Below are positions 20,886-33,100 of a stretch of DNA of 64,000 nucleotides, in pieces. The notes beneath the pieces were generated by a model. It worked only from the letters and a program-made list of their open reading frames with translations. It was not told the DNA's origin and did not search any database. A program made the position numbers and the translations under genes. This stretch comes from an uncultured Planctomycetota bacterium (GTDB taxonomy: Bacteria > Planctomycetota > Planctomycetia > Isosphaerales > Isosphaeraceae): positions 1,248,001 through 1,312,000 of the forward strand of contig CAWGMQ010000003.1 of NCBI GenBank assembly GCA_963823665.1. The letters run 5' to 3'. Each line of letters opens with the position of its first letter. Within the stretch, counting starts at the first letter, position 1.

Positions 20886-21664
20886 GATTTACACCGGTGT
20901 ACGGATGCTTGACAGCCTCGTATAAGCGCCATTTTCCGCCACTTTCCGCCACTCTTCCATGGTCAGAACGTTCATCCCCGTTCGATCCGCATGTCCAATC
21001 TGGATCAAAGGATCAGACCTGGCCGGTGCGTTTCCTAGCGATCGAAAAAGGCTCGTGGCGCCTGCCGCACAAAACTGCCACAGTCATGCGACCATGTTGT
21101 TCACTATGTTTGAACGGCTTTTTTCGATGCGGAAACAACGAGCGAATGGAGCACACAGCTTTCACAATGGGTGGGGGCCTGGCGAGTCGCTTGCAACGAG
21201 CGGGGGGTGCAGGGGTTTGTTCCCTTAACCCTTGCGGGGAAAGGACGCGCGTCGAATATACAAAACGAAACGGACCCGGTCATTACACGTATTTGCTCGG
21301 CATCGACCGCTGAATGGTTGACGCCCATTTATATAACCGCGGCGACACACCTCAGTTTCCTCACGAAACTTCCCATCCGGGCCCAAACATGATGGCGGCA
21401 ACAACCGCCTACTTCGGGCTCGAGCACGAAGTATTGATTATGCTGCTGGAAGGCCATGAAAGGCCGTCGTAAGGTCGCTGGATCTGACACGGCGAAAAAA
21501 GTGGCGACGCGTTGGATTTATTTTGGCGAACGACGACCGGTCAGATACCATGGCAGCGACCGGAGTACGCGGAGCGCGTCCAAGCGCCTTCGTGAGGTGC
21601 GGATTCTCCCATCTCTGTTCGCAGAATCGCGCACGACCAGTCGTTGTTGAGGCGGCGCAAGCGA

Positions 21665-22552
21665 ATGACAAGCACGTTGACCGATAAGGACTGGGAGATC
21701 CTCCTGCGGCGCATCCCATTGGGCAAGTGCGTGCCGTTCCTGGGTGCCGGCGCGTGCTACGGTGCTCTGCCGCTCGGGGCCGAGATCGCGCGCGAATGGG
21801 CTGAGCGGTTCCACTATCCGATGCCGGACAACGGAGACCTGGTGCGGGTTTCGCAATTCCTGGCTGTGGAGTATGACCTGACCTACCCCAAGGAGCTGGT
21901 ACTCGAGCGTCTGGGCAGCGGGAAACCTCCGGACTTTCGGGCGGCCGATGAGCCCCACGGCGTGCTGGCTGACTTGCCGCTGCCGATCTACGTGACGACC
22001 AACTACGACGACTTCATGATGAAGGCCCTGGCGACCCGCTGGCGCGACCCGAAGCGGGAGTTCTGTCGCTGGAACGAGCTGATTCGCGAACAGCCGACAC
22101 TCTTCGACACGGAGCCGACCTACGAACCGACGGTCGCCAGACCACTGGTCTATCACATGCACGGGCATACTGACCCCAACTCGATCGTCCTGACCGAGGA
22201 CGACTACCTGACGTTCCTGGCGGCCATGCAGGACCCCAAGCTGCTGCCGGATGCTGTGCACAAGGCCATAGCCGGCTCCTCGTTGCTGTTTGTCGGCTAC
22301 CGGATGGCCGACTGGAACATCAGGGTGCTGCTTCAAGGATTGCGACGGCTCGGCCAGGGGCTCGCGGGAAAGGGCAACCTGAGCGTGATGGTGCTCGTCC
22401 CGCCCGATGGGCCGGACGGCACCCAGCAGAAAATGCAGGACTACCTCGACCGCTACTATGCGGCGATGGACATGCGGGTGTATTGGGGCACGGCTCGCCA
22501 GTTTTGCGCCGAGCTGGGTTCGCGCTGGAAACAGCGTCAACAGCCGGCTTGA
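21665..22552 (+). CDS. SIR2-like (SIR2_2) domain protein, putative NADase effector with intact motifs
   Basis: PFLGAGA, YVTTNYDD, YHMHGH, IVLTEDDY, LLFVGYRMADWN. Confidence 0.88.
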   Translation: MTSTLTDKDWEILLRRIPLGKCVPFLGAGACYGALPLGAEIAREWAERFHYPMPDNGDLVRVSQFLAVEYDLTYPKELVLERLGSGKPPDFRAADEPHGVLADLPLPIYVTTNYDDFMMKALATRWRDPKREFCRWNELIREQPTLFDTEPTYEPTVARPLVYHMHGHTDPNSIVLTEDDYLTFLAAMQDPKLLPDAVHKAIAGSSLLFVGYRMADWNIRVLLQGLRRLGQGLAGKGNLSVMVLVPPDGPDGTQQKMQDYLDRYYAAMDMRVYWGTARQFCAELGSRWKQRQQPA

Positions 22553-22615
22553 CGGCCCGACGCTCCCTTCAGGTCGATCTCACTGAAACTTCATCTCTTG
22601 ACGGAGGCTCAACCG

Positions 22616-23575
22616 ATGCCCGAAGCAACCCCCTCGCCGCCTGCAATCGTGTTGAGGCGTTCCGAGGCCCTCGATGACGAAGGGTGGAAAGTATTGCTCC
22701 GCAGAATCCACACTCAAAAGTGCACTCCCTTCCTGGGGCCCGAAACCTGTTTCGACTTCTCGATTCCCTCAGCCTCGGTGCTTGCCGGGGAATGGGCCGA
22801 CGAGCATGACTATCCGTTCGACGACCGGAACAACCTTCCGCGTGTCGCGCAGTTCGTCGCCTACCAGGCTCATCAGGGAATCATCGACGAGGTCAAGATG
22901 GATCTCGCCGAGAAGTTTCACGGCCTGAAAATGCCCGATTTCTCCCACCAGGAAGATCCTTATCGGATCCTGGCCAGCCTGCCGCTCTCCGTCTACATCA
23001 ACACCCATTACTTCGCGTTCATGTCCTATGCCTTGCTGGCTCAGCACAAAGAACCCCAGAAGGTCGTCTGCCGCTGGAATGACATGGAGGCCTCGGAGGA
23101 CGAACCCGGCCTGCCCGCCGCCTACGATCCCAAACCGGCTTGCCCTCTCGTGTTCCACATGTTCGGCCACGTGGCCGAACCTTCATCGCTGGTCCTGACG
23201 GAGGACGACTACCTCGACTTCCTGGTCCGCACATCGGACAAACAAGATTTAATTCCTCAATGCGTTCAGAACGCAATGAGGAACAATTCCCTGCTCTTTC
23301 TGGGTTACCAGACCAACGATCTGGACTTCCGCGTCATCCTCCGAAACCTCTCCCGGATCAGAAGGGACCCGAGGAAGAGCTCCAACTATACGATCCAGTT
23401 CGTCCACGTCAGCGATGACAAGGTCACGTCCGAGCAAATCGATCGGCTCAAAAGCTATTTCAAGGACTACAACAAGAGCATGGCGATCAGCGTCTACTGG
23501 GGAACCACGGGTGAGTTCATGACCGAGCTTCGCCAGCGGTGGGAGGTCTACTGTGTCAACAGCCAGGTTGCTTGA
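22616..23575 (+). CDS. SIR2-like (SIR2_2) paralogue with degenerate catalytic motifs
   Basis: PFLGPET, YINTHYF, FHMFGH, LVLTEDDY, LLFLGYQTNDLDF; RBS GGAGG at 22603. Confidence 0.85.
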   Translation: MPEATPSPPAIVLRRSEALDDEGWKVLLRRIHTQKCTPFLGPETCFDFSIPSASVLAGEWADEHDYPFDDRNNLPRVAQFVAYQAHQGIIDEVKMDLAEKFHGLKMPDFSHQEDPYRILASLPLSVYINTHYFAFMSYALLAQHKEPQKVVCRWNDMEASEDEPGLPAAYDPKPACPLVFHMFGHVAEPSSLVLTEDDYLDFLVRTSDKQDLIPQCVQNAMRNNSLLFLGYQTNDLDFRVILRNLSRIRRDPRKSSNYTIQFVHVSDDKVTSEQIDRLKSYFKDYNKSMAISVYWGTTGEFMTELRQRWEVYCVNSQVA

Positions 23576-26500
23576 GCCGGCCCCGCCCGAGTCCAGCCCG
23601 GCCGTCCCGGCGATCACCGAGGCTCCGTACGTCGGTCCCCGGCCTTTTCTCTCCGCCGACTGCGAGCGGTTCTTCGGTCGGGACCGCGAGGCCATCGACC
23701 TGAAGCACCGGGTCATGGCTCACCCGATCACGCTGCTCTACGCGATGTCCGGCGCGGGCAAGACCTCGCTGATCAACGCGAGGTTGGTCCCCGAGCTGAA
23801 GAGCCAGTCCTGCCACGTCCTGGATTCTGCCCGGGTGCAGGGCTCGTCATGGAAACTCGAGCCCGGGGGGATTCGCAACATCTACGTGTTTCACGCCGTG
23901 ATGAGCTGGCAGAGCCAGTGCGACGCGGGCACGGCCCGACGGCTCAAGGATCAGACTCTCAGCGAGGAGCTGGCGCCCAGGGCGAAGCGTGCTGATCTTG
24001 ATGACGCGCTTTTGATCGCGATCTTTGATCAGTTCGAAGACTCTTCACAGCATACCCCTCAAGATGGGGAGAGCGCCGGGGATTCTTCGAGCAGCTTTCC
24101 GACGCCCTGGAGTCGATCTCGAATCTCCGGGTGTTGCTCGCGATGCGCGAAGACTGGCTGGCGTCGCTCGATCCTTTCGCGAGCCTGGTGCCCGAGAACC
24201 TGCGGACGAGGTTTCGGCTCGAGCGGCTCCGTCGCGCGGCCGCCCTGGAAGCGGTCGTGAATCCGCTAGAGGGCACCGGACGGAAGTTCGCCCCCGGCGT
24301 CGCCGAGACGCTCATCGACAACCTCATGACCATTCGCGTCCGGCGTAGCCGCGATGCGTCGGGGGCCCGATCCGACAACGGCGATCCGGGTGTCCTGGGC
24401 ACGGATGGCGGTCTATCCGTCACGACCCTCGTTGTCCCAGGTTGCCAGCCCGAGTCAAACGACTACGTGGCCCAGTCTGAATATGTCGAGCCCGTCCAGA
24501 TGCAGGTCGTCTGCCAAACCCTCTGGTCCAATCTCGAGGCCGGCGAGACCGAGATCACGGCCGAGAACCTGGAACGGTGCGGCGACGTCAACCAGGCTCT
24601 GTCGCGGTTCTATGAAGATTGCGTCAAGCAAGCGTCCCGGTTGCCTGGAGTGCGCGAAGGAGACATTCGGCGCTGGTTCGACGAGCGGCTCATGACTCCG
24701 GCCGGGACGCGGGGGCTGGTGCTCCGGGAACCAGACAAAACGGGCGGCTTGGGCAACGACGCGGTCGACTTACTCGAGGGCTGCCATTTGATTCGAGGTG
24801 AGGACCGGGGCGGCGCGCGGTGGTACGAGCTATCGCACGACCGATTCATCGAACCCGTGCGGAATTCCAACCGCCACTGGCAGAGCACTCGTCCTGGCCA
24901 GGCGCTCTGGTTCGAGCTCAACCGTCGGGCCGCAGCCTGGGATGCCGCGCCGGCCGAGAAAAAGCCTTCCTTGTTGCTCAGTAAGGCCGACCTGGACAAG
25001 GCCGAAGCTTGGAGCAAGACCGATTCCGACGAGCTGGGCTTGAGCGACCGGCTCGCGCGATTGCTCGACGAAAGCCGAGACGCCATCGATCGGGCCGAGC
25101 TGGCTGATCGGCTCGAGGATGAGCGCCGGCAGGCGAGAGACAAAGCCCTCAGGATCCGAGTCCTCACCTGTGGAGCGGCTGCGCTCGCGTTACTGTCGGC
25201 GCTGGCGCTCGTCGGCTGGTGGACCGCGAACGAGAACAAGAAGAAAGCCGATCAGTTTGCATCGGAGAGGACGAACGAGGCAAAGGGCGCCCGCGAGCAG
25301 GAGGTCCGGGCCGAGAACGAAAAGAACAAGGCCATGGTCAGCCAGTGGGCCATGCAAGCGACGTTGCAGAAGGAACCTACGTCCGTCCTGGGCGACATCC
25401 AGAAGGTGATCAGAGTCGCCGAAACGGAAAAGTGGCCTCAGCTCGAGGATGGTACGCAGGACTCCATTCGGTATGCCCTCTCCCACCTCACCCACCGGAG
25501 CAAGCTCGGGCCGTACGCCGAGTCCGTCAACGAGGTCGTCTTTGCACCGCAGCGATGGGGTGACGCCCTCCGGGACGGAAGCACGAATCCCGTCGTCGCC
25601 GTCGGCGGCCGGGACGGACTGGTCGAGCTGTGGAGCGTGGGCGATTACGACAACCCCGAAGACGACAAGTCGCTCACGGTGATTCGCGTGCCGGCGCTCG
25701 CGGACCCAGGGAAGTCCGGACGGTGGGTCAACCGGATCGTGTTCGCTCCGGCGGGCCGGATGCTGGCATTCTGCACTGGCGATACCACGAGTTTGAATCC
25801 TGCGGACCGCGGCGGCGCCTGGGTCTGGACGGCGGCCGAGTCGCCCGACGGGAAAGGTGAGTTGCACGCGCTCGAAACCGCGGGCAATTCCGGACCTGTC
25901 GCTGACGTCGCGTTCAGTCCCAACGGCGCCTCGGTTGCCATCGCGGGTAGTCGAGCACTCGGCAGCGCAAGCAATCCTGCGGCCGATGGCGTCTGGAAGG
26001 GCGCCGTTCGAGTCTGCGAGGCAGCGACCGGGAAGCTGCTCCACGAATTCCCGCTCAAGGGCCCGGCCCGAAGCGTCATGTTCGACCATCAAGGTGAGCG
26101 ACTCGTCGCGGCGAGCGGGGATGCCAACGGCGATAACCACAACCTGCCGGGACAAGTGGTCGTCTACAAGCTGAGCACCGGAGCTCCCACACTGATGAAG
26201 GACTACGAACACCCCTCGGTCCGCGCCGTGTTCAGCCCCTACGGGAACGTGGTGGTCTCGGCGGGCGTCGACGGCGTCGGACGGGTATTCGACGCCGCGA
26301 AGGGCAACCTGATCGCGACGCTGGTCGGCCACTCGCAGCAAATCACCGCCCTCGATTTCAGCCACGACGGCACACTTCTGGTCACCGCCAGCGGTGACCG
26401 GACGGCGCGGGTCTGGGATCCCTCCTCTTGGTCCGGCTCTGGCGATGGGGCGTCGCCCTCCACGTGGTCGAGCCGGGTGACGTTGGTCGGGCACAAGTCG

Positions 26501-29071
26501 TCATTGCTTCACGCGGAGTTCAGCCCGGACAGCACCATCGTCCTCACCTCGAGCTCCGACCGCACGGCGCGCGTCTGGGATGCACAGACCGGAGAGTGCC
26601 TTGTCTCCCACGTCGGCCACGACGGCGCAGTCAACGTGGCCCGGTTCAGCTCCCGCGGATTCATCCTGGCGACCGCCGGCAGCGATAAGACCGCCCGTGT
26701 CTGGACGACGGGGCCAGTCGAGACGGCCCGGGGGATACTCGTCGGCCACGCGGCGGCGCTGCGCGACGTCGAGTTCTCGCCCAAACCCGGGAGCTGCCTG
26801 GCCCTGACAGCCGGGGCCGACGGCGTCGCGTTCCTCTGGGATGTCTCTGGACTGGACAAACCCGGGAAGATCGATCCCAAGCACCGCTACGCGCCCGGGA
26901 CAGCCCCCGCCGCGCTGACCGATCTTGCCTTTAGCCCCGACGGCGATCGCTTCGCAACGGCGAGCCTCGACGGCACGGTCAGGGTCTGGCTCCTCGACAG
27001 CGAGACCCCGCTCACGGTCATTCAACCCAAGGCTGGAGCGGCCCTCGGCGTGACTTTCAGCCCGAAGGGCACGTACTTGCTCACATCGTGGACCGACGGA
27101 AAGATCCGGCTCTATCGTCGTGACGGAGATGACTACAAGCTGGCCGCCGACCCATGGCCGGGCTCAGCGTTTCGGCTCACGCCGCACCTCTTCGACAAGG
27201 ATGAGCGGGTCGTGGTCACCCCCAACGCCGGTCTGCTCCGGGTCAAGGGTGAGACCGGAACGGTGCAGGTCTGGGACGTCGCGACCGGCGCTTGCGTCCA
27301 AACCCTGAAGGGGCCCGGCGGCCTCCTCGGGCCCGTATCCGACCTGGCCGTTCAACCCGAGAGCCGCTCCATCGCCGCCGCCATTGAGGGGCCCTCCGGA
27401 ACGGTCGTCGTCTGGGACGAGCACGGGCAACTGACCGCCTCGCCCTTGAGCCATCCCGGTGGGGTCGAGCGAGTGGCCTTCAGTCCTGACGGGAAGTCGC
27501 TGGCGACGGAAGCCGAAGACGGGATCGGGCGGATCTGGGACTGGCCCCTCCGTAGCGGCCAGAAGCCAACAGCCAGCCTTCCTGGTCTGACCGGGCCTTC
27601 ACCCGTGCTCGCCTTCAGCGAAGACGGGTCGCATATCGCGAGCGACGGCGGCTACCTGGCAACGGACACCGGCGCGTGCATCGCACAGGTCTGGCACCTA
27701 TCCGGCCAACCGCCGGCGGTAGGCCGGTCCACGACTTCATTAAGCGGCCCGCGCGATTCGGTGGTGGCGCTTTCTCTACGTCGCGCCGAGGTCGCCGAAG
27801 TGCTCACGATCAACCGCGAGAACCGCTTCCAGCGATGGGCGACCGACACCGGCGGCCCGCTTGGCTCTTGCCGCGGGCCATACCTGACTCCGACTGCAGC
27901 GGCCGTCAGCCCCGATGGGACCCTGGCCGTCGCCGGCTCCGCCCAGGGCGCACTGGTACTCTGGAAGACGGATACAGCTCGACTGGTGGCGGACATGGAC
28001 GGCCACACCGCGGGAATCACCAGTGTGTCGTTCAGCCGCGACGGCCGAAGCATATTGAGCAGCGGCCTCGACGGCAAGGCGTTCGTCTGGTCGGTGCCTG
28101 ACCGAGAAGCCCAGAAGCTCCAACTGCAAAACGCGAGTCTTGTACGCCTCTCGCCGCGCGCCACTTTCCCGCCCAACGGCAGTCCCGTAGCAACCACGGT
28201 CGCCTGCTTCCTTGACTCTCTTGGCCGCCAGGTCGTTACCGGCACCGGCGACCTCAAGCGCGAGCGATGGCAGCCCGAAAAAGAGATGGAGTCACAGGCG
28301 TTTGCCTACCGACTCGACCTCGCGAGCCCATTCCCTCAGCCCGAGAAGGTCGTGGCAGTGACCAAGCTGGAACGCGACAACGACGCGGAGGATGCTCCGC
28401 TGGGCGCGCTGGCGGTGGCCGTCAGCCCCAGTGGCTCCCTCGTCTTCGTGGCTTGCGGCGGTTCGGACCCCATCTTTGACCTCGTCCGGTCCGCAGACCC
28501 GTTCACCGGTAAACTCGACTCGAAGCCCTTCCTCGGCCACACCGACCCAATCCTCGACGTGGCGGTCAGCCCCGACGGAAAGCAAATAGCCACGGCGAGC
28601 GCAGACAACACCGCCCGCGTTTGGACGGTCGACCACTCCAAGGTCGTCGAGCTGCGGGGGCACTCCGGCGATGTCGCCTCGGTGGCATTCAGCCCTGAAA
28701 ATGAATTCGTCCTGACGGTGAGTCGCCAGGACGGCACAGCGCGGGTCTGGGACCGCAACGGAGGGGATCCCCTGTACGTCCTCGGGACCCGTCGAGCCGG
28801 GTTCAACAGCGCCACCCTGGACGATCCCCCCGGCCCGCGCCAGTACACTGACGACGTGGTCGCCGCCGCTTTCAGCTCCGACGGCAAGCTGCTGATCACG
28901 GCCCACGGCGACGGCAACGCCCGAGTCTACCGCTTGGAATTGTGCGGCGGGTTTGACGACCTGAAGGAAGTCGCTAAAAAACGGCGCGAGGGGTTCGAGG
29001 ATAAATCGCGAGTGGGCCAGAGCCATGCCCGAGACCGTCGAGCTGGTTCCGCGGACCCAACTTCTCGTTGA
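23553..29071 (+). CDS. nSTAND1-type NTPase with TM helix and large WD40 array; frameshift near 24040
   Basis: PYVGPRPF..FFGRD, Walker A AMSGAGKTS, Walker B IFDQFE, LLAMRED, YELSHD, TM AAALALLSALALVGWW, then many GH...FSPDG...RVWD repeats. Joins ORFs 23553-24260 and 24131-29071. Confidence 0.9.
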
Positions 29072-29176
29072 TCTGCCGGCGCCGAGCGCCTTTACTTGCG
29101 ATTCTGGCGAAGCGCGTAGGCTATTAGCTCCCGGCTGGACGCGAGCCCAACCTTGCCATCCATTGGGTTCTCAGAT

Positions 29177-29768
29177 TCAGGCAAAGAGGCGCGGATGGGC
29201 TGGCCGTCGGCCAGGCGAAAGGGACGGCCGGTCAGGTCGCGGATCTCGTGCGCCGGATCGAGGCCGAATCGCCAGTAGAGGGTGGCGGCGAGATCGCCGG
29301 GGGTGACGGCGTCGCTGTCGGGGTAAGCGCCCAGCCTGTCGCTCGTGCCGTAGGTGGTGCCGCCCCGAACACCGCCGCCGGCCTGGGATGATGCATGCTC
29401 CGGATGATCGCCACGCGATCCATCACCCGCGCCGTGAGAGGCATGTGCTCGCAGATCCGCAACCCCGGGACGCTGCTCGCAATCGAGCCGAAAGGACCGC
29501 GGACCTCCGCCGGAGCGTTCGGCTTCATGTCGTAGGTGTCGATGTGGCTGGGACCTCCGTAATAGAATATGAGGATGCACGAGCGGATCGGCGACGGCAC
29601 TGCGTGCCGGTCCGCCCAGCCCCGCGACGCCCTCCCTTCGGCCTCGGCGCGGAGCAGCGCGGGCAGTGTCAGGCCCAGCGAGCCGAACCCACCGATTCGA
29701 AGAACCTGGCGACGACTGACGCTTCGTTGGTGGGCGAGCGCCTCAAGGCGTTTTTGGTCGACTCGCAT
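29177..29768 (-). pseudogene. DUF1501 gene with a large internal deletion
   Basis: N-terminus (SRRQVLRIGG...GGPSHIDTYDMKP...IRSMHH) is joined at ~29384 directly to the C-terminus (AGGGVRGG..YG.SD...DLAATLY..GLDP). Confidence 0.85.
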
Positions 29769-30174
29769 GTGAACGCCCCTTTGTTTTACCACCGCCGCAG
29801 GCACCAGGAGGGCAATTGCCGCGGAGAAGTTCCCCGTGCCGGGGGCCCGGACGGCCCGCGGGAAAGACCTGACCCTGATAAAAGGAATTATCGTCAATAA
29901 CAATCAAGCAATAGTATGATGCCGTAGACCGAGTCCACGAAGGTAACTGCCTGGGAAGCTCTCCTCTCCTGGCATTGGCCATCAAAGCGATAACGCCTCG
30001 ATTCTATTCGACTCTAAGCGATTGGGCGATGTGGAATACGTCCGACTTCTTCGACGAGGCCGTTCTCGACGTCGATGGCATCGTGAGCCGAAGGGAGCGG
30101 CACTGGTTGCCGCGCCGCCCTTGGATTCATTCGTCTCTGTCGTGTTCGCGCTGTGCAGGAGTCGAATCCGACGG

Positions 30175-33100
30175 TTATCGAACTCGGTTGCGAACTTCCT
30201 TGAGCACGTTAACGGCATTTGGATCCACCGTGCCATCCTGATAGATACCGAGGTTGATCGTCACTGCGCCGCCGTTGGCCTTGCACCGAGCAATGTAATC
30301 CCCCAACTGTTGGGCCGTGAACTGAGGTCTTGGCATTTCAACCTTATTCTGCACCCAGTAAGGCTCCATGATTAGCAGGGCGTGGTAGCGCAATCCCGCG
30401 CCGGGGCCGTGCTCTTGATTAGTGCCATTGAGCGGCAACCCGACGGGGCTAGCGGTTTCCCCGGCCCAATACTCCTGCCATTCGGATACGTTCGGGTAGA
30501 TCCAGGAGTTCAGCGCAACGATGCGATTCGGGTTCCCCACTTTGCAGGTCTTGAAGAACTCGCGGAAGGAGAAGCCAGGGTATTTTTCCTTGGCTTGATA
30601 GCAGCAGTCGAACCAGTAGCCGGCCACCTTTTCTTTGTAGCGTTCGCCGAACTCCGTCAAAACCTCAGTCATGATCCGGGTGAACTCCTCTTCGCCGGCC
30701 TTTGGGTATCTGGTGAGACGAGCCGCGTTCAAGTAGCACATCAGCTTGATGCTTTTGGCGCTGAGCACATCGGCCATTTCGGCAATCAGGTCGCGTTGAG
30801 TTGTCTTGCCGGAGTGGTATTTCTCCCAGGCTTTGAGCGGTGCCGGACAATAGGACTCGGCGTGGCCAATCGTGAGAATGACGTAGCCCGCTCCCGTCTC
30901 TTCTACCATTTCCGCAAAACGGTTCACGTCAAATTCGTCAACGGCCCGCGCATACGGCTTGTGTGTTCCGTCCTTTCCGACGCTCTGCGAGGTCCAATGG
31001 AACATCAGCCCGTATCCGGCTTTGGTCAGCCACTCCGTGCTGGCCCGCGCACGCCGCGCCTCCTGTCGCTCGGCCTCGATGGCCGCGTTGGCGCCGACCG
31101 GAATCAGCTCCAGGCAGCGAAACGCGAGCACAACCATCGCTTTGGGCGCGTCCGGGATGCTCAGCGTGATCGACTGAGTTCCCGCCTCGAGGCGGAGCCG
31201 GCCCTTGAGCGGCGTCATTTCATACGATTTGTCCCCAAAAACCCCGTTGGTCATCGCCAGCGTGGACCCGACCCTGCTGACACCACTGCTGACCTGCAAG
31301 TGCCGTCCAACCGCGCCGGGTTGCGCGGCGTGACAAAGGACGACCTCGTAGTCTCCCGCCCGGTCGACTTGTACCTTCCAGGTAATCTGCCCGCTGCCCG
31401 TCCAACGGAAGCTGTCCCCGGCTTGCTTCTTGACGCAATCGTCCGTCGAGACCGCTCCGGCTCCGTACAGGGATGCGGGGACGTCGCTTTTGACCGGAAT
31501 CGCGGTCGGTTCGGCTTGGGCGGCCCCCGTACGGGCATACTTGATGATGAAATCCACGACCGACTTCGGGTCTTTCGGCGAAAGCGGAAAATGCCCTTCG
31601 CCCGCCCTGACGATAACCGTGATCTTGCCGTCGAGCTCATTGTAACGTTTCTCGACGACGCGAGTCTGGTTGTCCAACCAGGGATCCAAGGCGCCGCAGT
31701 CGTGCAGGACCGGCACGCCTGCTTTCGCGAGCGCCGCAAGGTTGTCAATCGGTTGCTCTCTGCCCGCCATCAGACTCTTCATGAGCGGATTCCGGGCATA
31801 AATGCAGGAGACCTTGCCCGGGTTTGCAACCGCCCAAGCGTATGCTTCGCCTGCCATCGCCCCGGTCCCTTTCAACACCGGCTTGTTTGAGAATTGATTA
31901 TCCACAAGGATTTTATAGACATCGTCCCACTGCTTTCGCGACATACCCGATCCTGTGGGTGGGAGGATCACAATGTGGTAGCCCTTCGCGAGCAGCGCCT
32001 GCTCGACGGTGGCATTCCTCTCGATCGGATCCCCGGTGAACACCCAGGGTTTTCCCGGCGCCACGGTCCTGGGCACGATAATCGACATGCCGCCCGTCCT
32101 GAAGGTGCCGGAAGTGCCTCCGTCGTAGCGGTCGTAACACTCCGTGAACCCTGGCCCGCGGGCCGTGGCATAGGTGTCCTCTTCCTTCAGATAGATGAAG
32201 GAAGGCTCGAGGCTGTAGTAATACCCCTTCGCGAACTTCTCATCCGCGAAAGCGGGCCGGTTGGCCGTGGACGGTGTCATATGCTGCTCGATCCAATCGG
32301 CAATCGGCTTGGCGTTTTGCAGGCTATGCGGGTGATGGGCGTGGCCTTCCTTGATGAGCACCGTGATCAGGCCACCCAACTGGTGGTAAGTGTTCTCGAC
32401 GACCAGAGTGTGGCGCTGCAACAAGAAATCCTCAGTGCCGCAAACGTGCAACAGTGGGATGTCATGCTTGGCCAGCACCGGAACTTTGGCGAAGTCCTCG
32501 TCGTACAACGCTGTATTATCGGCATAGATGCACGCAACCTTGTCGGGATTAACGACGCCCCAGTTGAACTCATTCACACCGCCTTTGCTCATCCCGATGA
32601 AAGCGGCCTTCTTCGCTAGCCCATGCTTCTCCGTCAGGAACTTGTACCACCTGTCCCACGCTTTGCCCTGCCTGCCGGCGTCGGGTGTGATAAACGCGAT
32701 ATGGAACCCGCGCTTGAGCAGCTCGACTTCGGCCTGAGGCTGGTGGTCCCAGTAACAGCCTTGCCAGGACCACGGGTTGCCCGCCGCCACTTCCTTCGGA
32801 ACAACCACGATGCATCGCCGGAGGCCCTTCGCGGCAGCTTTGACTCCAAAACGTTCGTCATCGTCCCTCTTGAAGGGTTTGATGGCCAGGCTCTCCTCGT
32901 CCATCACGAAATCGTAGCGATCGAATCCGTCGTGCCACGTGGTCTTCTCGCCATCGAAGGGCACGTACGCAACTGCACGTCCCGGAGTCGCCGAGCCTTT
33001 TTCCTGTCCAGAAGTCTCCTCCTTCCGCGATTCGCTTGCCGACGGCTCCGACTTCAACCCTACGCTGTTCACGGTGACGACGGAGTAGATGTGCTTTTCA

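Noticed and set aside
20909..20926. TTGACA...TATAAG as a sigma-70 promoter
   Set aside because: The spacer is only 6 nt, incompatible with -35/-10 geometry.
30382..31890. Long antisense ORFs (30382-31890, also 8612-9871, 25190-26494, 33451-34659, 53856-55100)
   Set aside because: Shadow ORFs opposite well-supported genes, expected in high-GC DNA, with no recognisable motifs.
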